From assembly GCA_001687465.1 (NCBI GenBank), contig LVLI01000329.1, positions 1 to 64,000 on the forward strand: DNA of 64,000 bases, written 5' to 3'. Both the position numbers and the translations under genes were made by a program. Each line of letters begins with the position of its first letter. Positions within the stretch are counted from its first letter, which is position 1. The stretch comes from Halocafeteria seosinensis (taxonomy: Eukaryota). Positions 1 to 11,200 of this stretch are shown piece by piece. Below the pieces are notes generated by a model. That model saw only the letters and a program-made list of their open reading frames with translations, was not told the DNA's origin and did no database searches.

Positions 1-99
1 GAAAACATGAGAAATGAACAGTGCTGCTTTGGTATATACGTCCTCCTATGATCATGAGAAACGATGGCCTAAGAAAACATGAGAAATTAACAGGGCTGC
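1..99. repeat. Imperfect 27-bp direct repeat, two copies (1-27 and 73-99)
   Basis: gaaaacatgagaaatgaacagtgctgc vs gaaaacatgagaaattaacagggctgc (2 mismatches), with a partial catgagaaa between them. It may continue left of the window. Confidence 0.6.
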
Positions 100-1272
100 C
101 TTAACCCCATACGCGTTAAATGCTTTTAAAAGGACAGGAACAGGCACCGCGACTGGCCAACTATCCACTCACCAGTCGCTTTCAGTTACCTATATCCCCC
201 AACCCTGCCAAGGAAAAACATGCTGGATCCGCGTCCCGAACCTAACAAATAGAACCGGTAGCCAATCAAGCGGAACTCCTGGACCAGGAAGCCTGGTAGG
301 CGATCAACCCGAATCCCGTCCACAGTCTTTCTTACCATCCTGGCACTCGCCCTAGCTTACCATCTTTATAGGCGTTCTTTCCCTCCACTGACGGAAGGAA
401 TGGGGTAGTGAATGCAACATTACTCGCTAACGGTTTGGGACGTAAATGTTCACCGTGGCGTCCCGGTTTCTTCTCTCACAATCTCTCTTCATGCGAATTA
501 AAAGCGTGAAATCACCGCCATCAGCACATCATCGCCAAAGGACCACCTGCGGGGCCATGCTGAACTCTTCGCACGTTTCAGGCACCTATCGCACTGCGCG
601 ATTGTACACAATATCTCCTTCTGTACCGTCCCTGTTGTAGGATTACAAGTCGACCCCGAAAACCGAAATGTAGTCTGAGTGAGTTTGCCCCGAGTAGAGG
701 GACGAAACACTATCCCGTCTATGAACAATACTGCAGGTCCGTTGCCAGACATGTTCTCTTACTCGCCTAAATTGTTAAGATGCGGATTCCTCTACTGTCC
801 ACTGAGAACGAAAGCCCACCACACTTGCTAATATAAGGAATCCATCGAGTTGCCAACGCGCCTTCCAGGAGTGGTCCAAAATCATCCCGCTACCCTCTCA
901 TACACGTTCCTGCAACATTTGAACACATCACCAGATGAAACTTCAACAACAATGGAGAGCATCCTCCTTATTCCTACAGATATACATTCTATCAAACTTC
1001 ATATGTCGGCCCTACTTTTCTCCTTGAAGTTGCATGGATAGGCGCAACCTTCCCGTCCGTGGAATTTCGGGGGGTCGGGAACCTCCCCCGGAAGCCCCCG
1101 AAAAAAAAATCACAATTTGTCCGAAGGAACGTGCTTCCGTTTAGTCCATTTTGGTTGAGAGCAGGCTACCATTGGCAGCAGTGTAATCGCCTGTACAAGT
1201 GTTGGAAAAATACGTATATCTTGCAAATTTGGCAATTGTTTGGACCGGTAGAGAGACCTAAAAGCTTCGAAA

Positions 1273-2452
1273 ATGGGGGATTCTAGCTACTCGTTTTCGC
1301 TGACCACATTCAATCCAACAGGGAAGCTCTTGCAGATCGAGCATGCTTTAAAGGCTGTACAGAATGGCAAGACGTCCTTAGGTATACAAGGTATGTCTTC
1401 GTCTTCTTTCTGTCTGGCCTGTGTTAAGTGAAGCCTGGACTGGGTGGTGTGTGGAAGGAAGTGTCTGGGAGGATACCCCTTTTTGTAGTTTCGGGTGTCC
1501 CTTTTGCGTCCCCTGAGGTTGGACAGGGTCATCCCGATGCTTGCAAGAGCTATATTGAGCATTATTTCCTGGGTTTTCGTATACAGCTACGAACGGTGTC
1601 GTCATTGCTACGGAGAAGAAGCTCCCGTCAATACTGGTTGATGAAGAGTCTGTAAATAAAGTCCAATTTTTGGCGGATCATATAGGTGAGTGAAGCTCTG
1701 GAATGTATTGTCGATGCTTTAGCTGTGCAATGAAACGAGTATTATGCAGGCGTAGTATACTCTGGGATGAGCCCTGATTTCCGCGTTGCCGTGAGAAGGG
1801 GTCAAAAACAAGCTGAGGCATACCACCGAAGATATGGAGTAAGCCTTTGCCACTGTGTTTTATTGAATCCACCTCTGCTGTAACTAAATGCTTTCGGTGT
1901 TGCTGCAGGAACGAATTCCCGTTTTACAGTTGACTCGTCATGTGGCGAATGTAATGCAAGAATTTACACAACAGGGCGGTGTGAGACCGTTTGGTATCTC
2001 CGTGCTAATTGCTGGATACGACGACGATGGCCCGCAATTGTTCCAGGTACGTCAGTACCTATCCCAACTCTATTGAACTAACTATTGGACTTTACCATTT
2101 ACTTTGCTTCCGTTTAGGTTGATCCATCTGGGGCGTATTTTGGCTGGAGAGCTTCCGCTATCGGGAGTAACTTCAAGAATGCTAAGACTTTCTTGGAGAA
2201 GGTAAGCACGGAGGATCTCTTGGCTAGATTAGAAATTATCCTGAGCCTACCCTTCTCTTTTGAATTTTACAGAGATATAACGAAGAAATGGAACTCGAAG
2301 ACGCCATCCATACTGCTTTGCTCACTCTGCGCGAGGGATTTGATGGCCAAATGACAAGCCAAAATATTGAATTGGGGGTAACTACTCCTGAAGGGAATTT
2401 CCGTGTGCTGACTAAAGAAGAGGTGGCCGACTACCTCCTCGAAGCAGAATAG
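1273..2452 (+). CDS. PSMA2: 20S proteasome subunit alpha type-2 (multi-exon)
   Basis: Exons read [77 protein letters not shown] and [17 protein letters not shown]. Introns are GT-AG; the first is 1391-1586. Confidence 0.96.
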
Positions 2453-2499
2453 TTAGCTTAGAGCAGAATATCACTGTGACAATTCTGGTGTTGTATTGG

Positions 2500-3707
2500 T
2501 TATCGAAGCTCTCGAGCCATTGGAGTCTCTTGTTGATTCACTGTAACCGGAGCATCTATGTCATGCTCTACATTTCGGCTGGGAATGTCTGCAGATTCGA
2601 TAAAGTGTACACCCAACTTCTCCATCTCTGCCTTTTCTTTGTTAATCGTCTCCTCTGAAATTCCCCTGGCTCCATCCAAAATCAGATATGTATTGAACCC
2701 GGCCTTTGCTGAGTCCTTGCAAGTAAACGCAACACAGTAGTCAAGGGCCAATCCGGCAACAAATACGTCCTCGACATTGCGGGACTTTAGCTCATCCTCT
2801 AAGATTGTCTTTTCCTTCGTATGACCCAATGCATCACCGAACCCACTGTAGCTATCAACATCTTGCTGCATACCTTTTTTAACTATGACGTCATTCTCAG
2901 ACGTTTCTAAATGAGGATGAAATTCTGCTCCTCTCGACCCTTGAACACAATGATCTGGCCACATCATTTGTTCACCAATACCGGGAATGTTTGCCACTGT
3001 GAATACTTCCTTTCCTGGATTGTTGCTTGCGAACGACATATGATCCTGTGGGTGCCAGTCTTGCGTGAGAGCAATCACATCCCATTTGACTGAGTCTCGT
3101 AGTCTATTGATAACCGGGATGACTTCATCTCCATTAGGGACTTCGAGGCCCCCATCCTTGCAGAAATCGTTCTGGGCGTCGACTACCACGAATCCACGTT
3201 TACCAGGTTCTGTACCAGTATCTTTCCCCTTCGGTGAACTCTTCATTGTTTTCAATAGTTCCCTTTGCCGTTTTGACGCTTCCGCTTCCTTCATATTGAC
3301 CTTCGTTGCCTCTCGGATGGCGGGTCCGTCTAGATCCAACCGGATCCCGTATGTATCCGAAACCTGTGGAATTTATAACCGTTGGATGGATAAATTCCCG
3401 ATAAGAATTCGAACCCACCGTCGTTATTACATACCTCGGCTGAAAATTCCCACTCTCCTCCAACTATGACGTCATCTTCAGTGTACACGAACGGACTTGC
3501 AACTAAGCCATGGTCATAGAGGGGAAGCTTCTTTTCATCGAATTTGCGCTTCAAGTATGGTACATAGCCAGTTTCCCAATCATCGGGATGTGCCAAATGA
3601 GTCGTCACGCGAACATCCGGAAGGTTAGCCAGGAGCAATTGACCTAGACGCTGTGCATGCGCAAACTTCTCATCATCTGCGCGGCCTGCAATTATGTAGC
3701 GTGCCAT
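2500..3707 (-). CDS. PNC1: Nicotinamidase (PncA/Pnc1, isochorismatase family) with an N-terminal MDH1B-like domain; 2 exons (3707-3435, 3363-2500), 378 aa
   Basis: Motifs VVVDAQNDF, QDWHP, WPDHCVQG, KKG...DSYSGF and GLALDYCV give the Asp-Lys-Cys triad and metal ligands. A phase-0 intron at 3364-3434 (GTATGT...CCACAG) joins ORF 3330..3707 in frame. Confidence 0.92.
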
Positions 3708-4061
3708 AGTATGTTTTACAGGGGTCTCCGACGAGACGACAGACTCTCTTGCCTCGTTGCGTGTACCCGCACAAGAAATAGACCTACACGATCAGATGCA
3801 CATGCATTCACTTCCACTCATGAGGGCCACTCAGACGAACAATTCCCATACATGTATATGCAGTGCTGTATAGCTCTGCGGCGGCGCGCGTCCACTGAGC
3901 AGTCTGAGCTTCACAAACAACTTCAACCTACGATGGAGGATGGAAGCTATTGGAAGATATTCAGGCACATTCGGTTTGATAGACTTCTCTTTGATGAGTT
4001 AAAAGAGTGGTTCAGTGTGGTAAGAAGACGAGCAAAAGTATCTGCCTGGTATTGGAACACA

Positions 4062-4897
4062 ATGCGCCGCGGCATGGGGGCGGCTGGCTTAGCCCAGCAA
4101 CGACGACGGAGACAATATGCCCAACAAGCTGGGCAACAACTCGAAGAGGAGCGCATGCAGCATTTCGAGAGGCAAATGTCACTTTTCAAGGAGAACCTCC
4201 AAGGTACGTGTCCAGGAAATGAATTCTTTAGACGTCCGTTCATGGACGACCTCGTGTCCGTGCCGGCGCAGAGTTTGCGAAGAAACATAGACATAAAATC
4301 AATTCGGACCCAGAGTTCCGATGGAACTTCCATAAAATGACAAAAGAAATAGGAGTGGATCCACTCGCATCGAACCGGGGATTTTGGGCCGAATTGCTGG
4401 GAGTAGGGGATTTCTACTACGACCTCAGTGTGCAGATCATTGATGTATGTATTTCAACCAGAGAAATAAATGGAGGAATGATTGAGGTAGATGATCTACT
4501 CAAACATTTGAGACGGATGAGAGGGAATGAAGCCCAGACAATCAAGGTCGGTGACATAGAGCAAGCAGTTAAGACTATACAAGTGTTGGACTCTAATTTC
4601 ACTCTCACAACCGTCGACGGGACTCCGTACGTTGTATCGGTGCCTTATGAACTGCGCCCCGGCCACTCCGAAATCTTATCTCTGGTTTCGAATAGAATGA
4701 AGTCGAAGCAGTTAATGGATCAAGCATCAGTGACGTCTTCAACTGTTCAAAAAGAATTACAGTGGACATCCAAGCGATCAACAGAAACATTGAACGAAAT
4801 GACTAGGGACGGAATTGCATGGATAGACGAGCAGGATCCATCTGGAGAACGAGTTTACTGGTTTCCCACTTTGATGTCCGGTTTGATTTCTATATAA
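4062..4897 (+). CDS. SNF8: ESCRT-II subunit Vps22/SNF8
   Basis: MRRGMGAAGL..., intron 4204-4271, EFAKKHRHKINSDPEFR, IGVDPLAS..GFWAELLGVGDFYYDL, GIAWIDEQ..YWFP. Confidence 0.95.
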
Positions 4898-6726
4898 TCT
4901 CACTTTCGTTGGGGGAAAGACCTTTCTTAGCAGACGGGCTAAAACCGGGTGATTCGGGAGAATTTTGGCGGGGCGGGCTCCGCGCTGAAGGTGGTCCACG
5001 GTACACCTTATTTGAAGTAGAGGGCCTTTGCATCGTCTTCGGAGATAAACTTGAAGGCTTTGGTCCAATATGCGGAGATCCAGATTGTGGCAGTTTCCTG
5101 TATGTATCTTTCACAGGTGATTGATTATGTGGGAGACATGGCCCTGCACCATTGCTGTGGCTTGAATTAGATCTTTTCAAGAGCGGGCTTGCTGATCCAC
5201 CTTCATCCCCGAACTGATGACGCCTGTTTTCTGTAAAGGAGTTCGAAAAGCGTAATGCTCCGTATGCTGTTGAAGTATTTTTTTCGTCTGCCTCATGGCT
5301 AGATTCCGCAGAAGTAAGTCGATGCCGGGTTGGTGTATAAGGCTTATCCCCGGAAATGTAAGTCACATCAGCAGACGGTGGGAGACTGGGAGATGTTCCT
5401 TCGTTAATGAATCCGTTACTTCCACTACCCACTGCACCAATGTCGTGGGTTGGAGTTCCTGATGAGAAGTCCACTCCCTGTCCTCGATCATCGGGATGTG
5501 GTTCCTGATAATCATCTTCCTTCTTGTACTTTTTCCTTGTTGCTCTACACCATGATTTGCCTCGACAGCAGATGTTTGACAGTGTTTCTGACTTTCTGAT
5601 GGCATATATTAGGGGGCAAAGTATCACTGCAACATAAAATATTAGAAGCAGGAGGTCGGCTGTAATGGCCTTCGGTGTACGATACGGAATGTCTTCCAAA
5701 TGTTCATCGCTATCGGGTACTAGAGCGATGTGCAGTGCATTATGGACATCTCCTATCCATTCCAGCGATTGCCAATCAGTTTCATCCAGTGCACGTATCC
5801 ATCCATTGATGGACGTTATGTACTCGAACGACCAGTATATCTTGTCCAGAAAATAACGTACGGGCCGCCCACCGAGGCTTAGCAGGGGCATGAGTATCCA
5901 CAAAACCCATCCCATTATGTATGAAACAACGTTCGAAACAAATCGAAGAAAATACTGAATCGGATTCAACTCCAATCGTCGAGCCCTCGGTACTGCTCCT
6001 AGAGGAGGTAGGGCTCCGGGATTGACTTTCAGTATCTCTTCAACAATGTCGTCATAACCCAGAATTTGGGCTTCACTTGGCGTTATTTCCAGCTTTGTAT
6101 TTAACTCAGCTCTTTGCAACCGATACTGCAGGGTCTGAAGCAGCCGTTCTTGGCGCAGGTCACTCTTTCTCTCATGTTGCTGAAAAGTATCCAGTTCCAG
6201 GACCTTTTGTTCTGCAGTATGCAACTGTGCTGTTGCATCTGATAGCTCACTTTCCAGTTGCAATACCCGCGACTCTAGCTTCTCGACTTTTGCTTGGTTG
6301 TGTTCTTTCGAATACGTTTCTTCTTGAATTGTTTTTTGCATAAACTTGTTCGATTCCTGGAGCTCGTCCCGCTGACTCCGACATTTATCTAAAGCTTCTA
6401 CCATGTCTTGGTACTGAGTTTTAAGTTCTTCTAATTCAGAATAACACGCGTTCAGCACCGTATCTCTTTGACGGGCCAGCCAGGCATCCCCTGATACATA
6501 AACTGGGGCCATTGAGGTTGGAGTAACCAAGCTTTGTTCTGCTGTTGTAGCTGCATCCCCTTCTTCTGTTGCTGCTATAGTTTGCCCCCACACACTAAGG
6601 GCTGCTGCGGTGGCAGTGCACACACGAGAGAATACACGCTGAGACACGACCTCACGGGGAGCAAACTAGGGAGAACTTACCTAGAAGAAGCCAGTATGCA
6701 CGTGTATGGTAGCTATATACTCTCAT
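4890..6726 (-). CDS. Uncharacterised membrane protein: coiled coil, about 2 hydrophobic segments, Ser/Pro-rich tail
   Basis: 585-aa ORF 4890..6647. A probable short upstream exon (MRVYSYHTRAYWLLL, then GTAAG donor near 6679) precedes it; the start is uncertain. No family recognised. Confidence 0.65.
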
Positions 6727-7587
6727 TTCCCTCAAAGTATGCCTTTAAAGCACGTTGATCGACCGGATTTTCCCTTCCGTCCTCAGTTATACACCTAAAT
6801 CACGACCACGAGAGTTTCCACACGTAACCATCAAGGTGCGGTATCATCTATTTACGGGACTAAAGAAGTGGTACGCCTTTTATGGGGCCCATTATAGAAA
6901 GAAGACAGTGTGATCCGCAGGAAGGGTAGGGAAAGGCAACGTACCACAAATGAAACAGACTGACTAATGACCAAGGAAATTTGCACCCGGAAAGCAAACA
7001 ACACCACAGTATAGGAACAAATCCATGCACTTAAAAAACGACACTGTTTACAGAAGCAAAGAGACAGAGGAAGACTTGCTAACCTGCTTCCGTTCGGGTG
7101 CGTTGCATTTCCGCTCCCAAGTCTTACAAGGCTTTCCGATTCTTTTTGACGGGATCCTGAAGCTATGTCTCCTAATTTTTCGGCACAATTCTTGGAGAGG
7201 TATACTTGATACGTCTGGTTTGCCTTCTAGTAGGCATATGTAAAATTCGTAAGGGTGGGGGTGGTCAATAAACTCAGAACCTGTTGCATTCGCTATCTCC
7301 GCTGGTTGAACTTAAGTATGTGGGGAGCCTTATGCGGCACGTTTAAATTCGTCCATCATTTCCACATCTCATATACGCCCTACTGTTGTAGTTCTGGTAG
7401 GTGTTTTTAACTTGTTCAATTTTTGCCTCTCTGTGTTTGACTTCCAAGTTGCAGCTTGTCCAAGTTCGGTCATTTAGTGAACCATCGTCGTCCTCAACTA
7501 TGTACGTAAACTTTGTGTGCACCTGCTGCTGCTTCGCTCGAAGGTACCATAAGATATATTCCTTGAGTGATTCAATGCGGCAGCGTG

Positions 7588-7615
7588 AAAAAAAAAAAAA
7601 AAAAAGTGGAAAAAA
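7588..7615 (-). terminator. Pol III oligo-T terminator of the tRNA gene
   Basis: T6 (7610-7615) and T18 (7588-7605) runs on the minus strand, starting about 12 nt downstream of the tRNA 3' end. Confidence 0.75.
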
Positions 7616-7627
7616 GTTGCTACCCAG

Positions 7628-7700
7628 TGTCTGCAGGCGGACTCGAACCGCCGGCCTCCCGCGTGTCAGGCGGACGTCATAGCCCCTAGACCATGCAGAC
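7628..7700 (-). tRNA. trnV-GAC: tRNA-Val, anticodon GAC
   Basis: GTCTGCA TG GTCTAGGGGCTATGAC G TCCGC CTGACAC GCGGG AGGCC GGCGG TTCGAGT CCGCC TGCAGAC A forms a full 73-nt cloverleaf with A73 and no encoded CCA. Confidence 0.95.
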
Positions 7701-8233
7701 TTCACGAACTATGCAAGGAATGGGCTTTACGACATATTTATATAACTTGTATGTTTCCCACGTTGCTATCTTGTATATTCCTCCTCATAAATTTTACATA
7801 CGTTTTTCCACTAACCCATAAAAGAAATGCCAACCGTTTCGAAAGGGTCGAAAGTAGTCTAACCCATGTCCCGGCGCTGCGCGGCGCATATGGACAAGGT
7901 TAGCCGAACTTCAGAGACGAAGATTCGTGAAGGACATAAATTTGCTGTATAACAGTCTGTGTTTCACCCGTATCGTTGTTATTTCAGTAGCAGACATCGG
8001 CAGAGTTTAACATCTGCATAGAAGCTTCAGGGAGTCCTCAAGGAAGGAGGCATTCCTTGCGTGTGTGTAGGGAGGAATCCCAGGAACCTGGAGTTAGAGG
8101 ACGTGTAGACTCCGATTCTCTTGTTTCTCGTCCATACACCGTGTACTCCAAACCACATTGCTAGAGCCAGGTTTATTTTTGTATTATACTGCGGTTCGTC
8201 TTTCGGCGGGCAAGTGCGCCACATGAGCAGCAA

Positions 8234-11200
8234 ATGGAGATGAAGGCGAAAGGGCAATCAAGTGTGGGTCAGCCGGATGAAGCTCGCGAGCAACTGCTTC
8301 AAAAGAGTCTTAGAGCGGATTCGACCCCACCGGCGTCGTCTAAGACAGTATTTTGGATCCAATTGAAAACGCTCGTGTGGAAGAATCTGATACTCTTTCA
8401 GCGAAAAAAGCGCGACAAATTTCGGGAGTTCGTCATTCCACTCATCTTCCTCGCGGTTCTGGTGTCCATTGGTAAATCTTTGAAAAACAAAAACTATGAT
8501 TCTAAAGTTAACTACCGGCCTGAGAGTGTGAATTCACTTAACAGGACACTGGACAGCAGAAAGCTTGCCTTTGCACCATGTGGAGGCTCCGCTTCGGGAG
8601 ACCACTGCCGTGATCTACCCCTGGACAGTATGCAGTCCTACGCGGGAGAAGATGCGCGCTCGCAAGATGTGTTGACTTTGAGTGGGAAAATTTATGCTAA
8701 TCAGAGGGGAGTACGATTGCTGTGTTGCGATTCAGAGGATAATGCGATAAAGAAGCTCCAGGACGATCCGAAGCTTCTGGCTGGAATTGTAGCTTTTGAT
8801 TACACGAATGGTGAGCTCTCGGCCCTTGCCACATGTTATGTTCCGATGCTTATGTGTTTATCTTTTCCGCTGTTTTTATACAGGACTGCGTGACCCTTCT
8901 GGAAGGATTAAGTACAGGATTCGTATAGATACGGATCGAGATCTCGACGTAGATACCACGACCAAGTTTAGTAGCGACTATCATCAGCCGCCAAATGCAA
9001 ATTTAGATAGTTACAAGGAGTTGTTCTTGCCAATTCAATTTGCTGTCAACAAAGCAATTCTTCAACAGACTGGTGCTATGGAAGGGTTTTCGTGGGATAA
9101 GTTGAATATCGTGCAGTTCCCTTCGTACTCTTATGTAGTAAATGATGCGGCCAATCAGTTGAAGGCAATTCTTCCAATCTATATGGTTATCATCTTTTCC
9201 CTCCAAATACGAATTTTGTTAGGGAGAATTTTGGAAGAGAAGGTACGTTTCAACCCCGCATACACATGATAAGTGATGCAGCAAGTAGGGTTCACTGTTC
9301 TACTAGCGCAGGAAAACAAGATCACAGAGTCAATGAAGATATCCGGAATGTCTACCGCGGCAATGTGGCTTTCATGGATGATCTCTTATGGAACCTTCAA
9401 CACTATCATTGTACTGCTAATTGTCCTCGTGACGTGGGTCGGGGACTTGCTTGCATCTTCAAACTCCTTTCTAGTCTTCCTTTTTTATTTCATTTTCATG
9501 TGGTCCTGTATGCTATTCAGTATTTTGGTGTCGTCTTTCTTTAGTAAGAGCAAGACTGGTGGAGCTGTCGGTATGCTAGGATTCTTAGTACTCTCTACTC
9601 CTTCGTATGCCTTTACGGGAGGAGCTGGTAATCCGGCGTTGCTGGGTGTCTCGTGTTTATTGCCACCTACAGCGTTTAGCTTGGGAAATGCGATTCTAAC
9701 TGAAGCCGAGAAGGTCCAGCGCTCCGGGGAACATGCGTCAGGAATCCAGTTCTCAAACTTCTTTGATCGCGATATCACAAACATTGACATCTCGTTTGGC
9801 GTCGTTTTTTTGATATTGATATTGGATCTGTTTATTTTAGGGGCGTTGGCTTGGTATTGTGACAAGGTGATTCCCACAGGTGCGTAAGACATAGAAATTA
9901 GTTAAACGTTGTGCGTAATCGCAGTCGTGTTGTTGCAGAGTTTGGGGCTAAGCGTCATCCGCTGTTCTGTTTGAAACCAAGGTATTGGCGAAAGCCCAAG
10001 CCAGAGGAAACCATAGAGGAATCTCGGCTATTGGCACGTAATAAAGATGAGTCGGATACTATAGAAGCACCGGATCCGTCTATCGAACCCGTATCTTCTG
10101 ACATCCGCGAATTGGATGGCGTTCATGTAGCCGGTTTAACAAAAGAGTTTCGTGCGCCAGAACAGGAGACCCAGGGTAAAGACGAAGAAAACGACGAAGG
10201 CCGCAAACACAAAAAAGGGATAATGACTGCAGTGGATAACTTGTCCCTGAATTTTTATCAAGACCACATTACTTGCTTATTGGGCCATAACGGTAAGCTG
10301 CCGGCCGGCATATTTTTGTGAGGGTGTGTTTTAAGCATCACTACGTGTCACAGGAGCGGGAAAGACTACCACGGTTGCAATGTTAACGGGGCTTTGTACA
10401 CCGTCCACGGGTGACGGTTTTGTTTTCGGTAGGAGCATTACGAAGGACATTGACGGAGCCCGGCGAATCATTGGAAACTGTCCTCAGCATGATACCCTTT
10501 TTGAGGAGTTGACTCCTTTTGAACATATGCGGCTGTATGCAGGTAAGTTGCGATGTATGCAGTCCTACAAAGCGCGATTACCTCGAAGCCACACTCTGGT
10601 TGTTGCCACAGGACTGAAAGGATACGATGAATCTCACTCGCGATCTCAAATTCTAGCTCTTTTTGCTTTTTTGGGAATTAGTGAAAAGATTGATGAGTCT
10701 ACTGCTTCTCTCTCAGGAGGGCAGAAACGCAAGCTCTCAATTGCAATGGCGCTGATTGGGAACCCTAAGGTGCTATTTTTGGATGAGCCAACTTCCGGTA
10801 TGGATCCAGATTCTAGAAGAGCTGTTTGGAGTTTGTTAGAAAAAGCAAAAAAGAACCGCGCAATTATTTTGGTGAGTAATCATCGCTTTTGGGCCGTTTT
10901 TCTCATACTCCGAAAATTTTTGTGCTTCTCCGCAGACCACGCACTTTATGGACGAAGCGGACATTCTGGGCGATCGCATAGCTATCCTTAGTAAAGGCAA
11001 ACTGCGAGTCTGTGGTTCATCCCTTTTCTTGAAATCCCGTTTTGGACTAGGGTACCGACTAGATATTTCTGCAAGTGTGGATATTAAATCCAGAAGCTCT
11101 GACAGCCAACGAGAAATTGACGAGCTTGTTGATCGAGGAGCGCAGTCAATTCTTGAGTTAGTCCGTGAATCTGTCCCGTTAGCCAAAATCCAGGAGAAGA

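Noticed and set aside
1..99. Repeat-spacer-repeat pattern resembling CRISPR
   Set aside because: Only two imperfect copies, a eukaryotic context and no cas genes.
498..752. ORF with CxxC (CDRC) resembling a retroelement integrase zinc finger
   Set aside because: No HHCC histidines, DDE core, RT motifs or LTRs were found. It may be an exon of an unidentified minus-strand gene.
3657..4061. Long N-terminal extension of SNF8 suggested by ORF 3657..4340
   Set aside because: SNF8 homology starts at MRRG (4062). The upstream part overlaps the divergent promoter and the nicotinamidase start.
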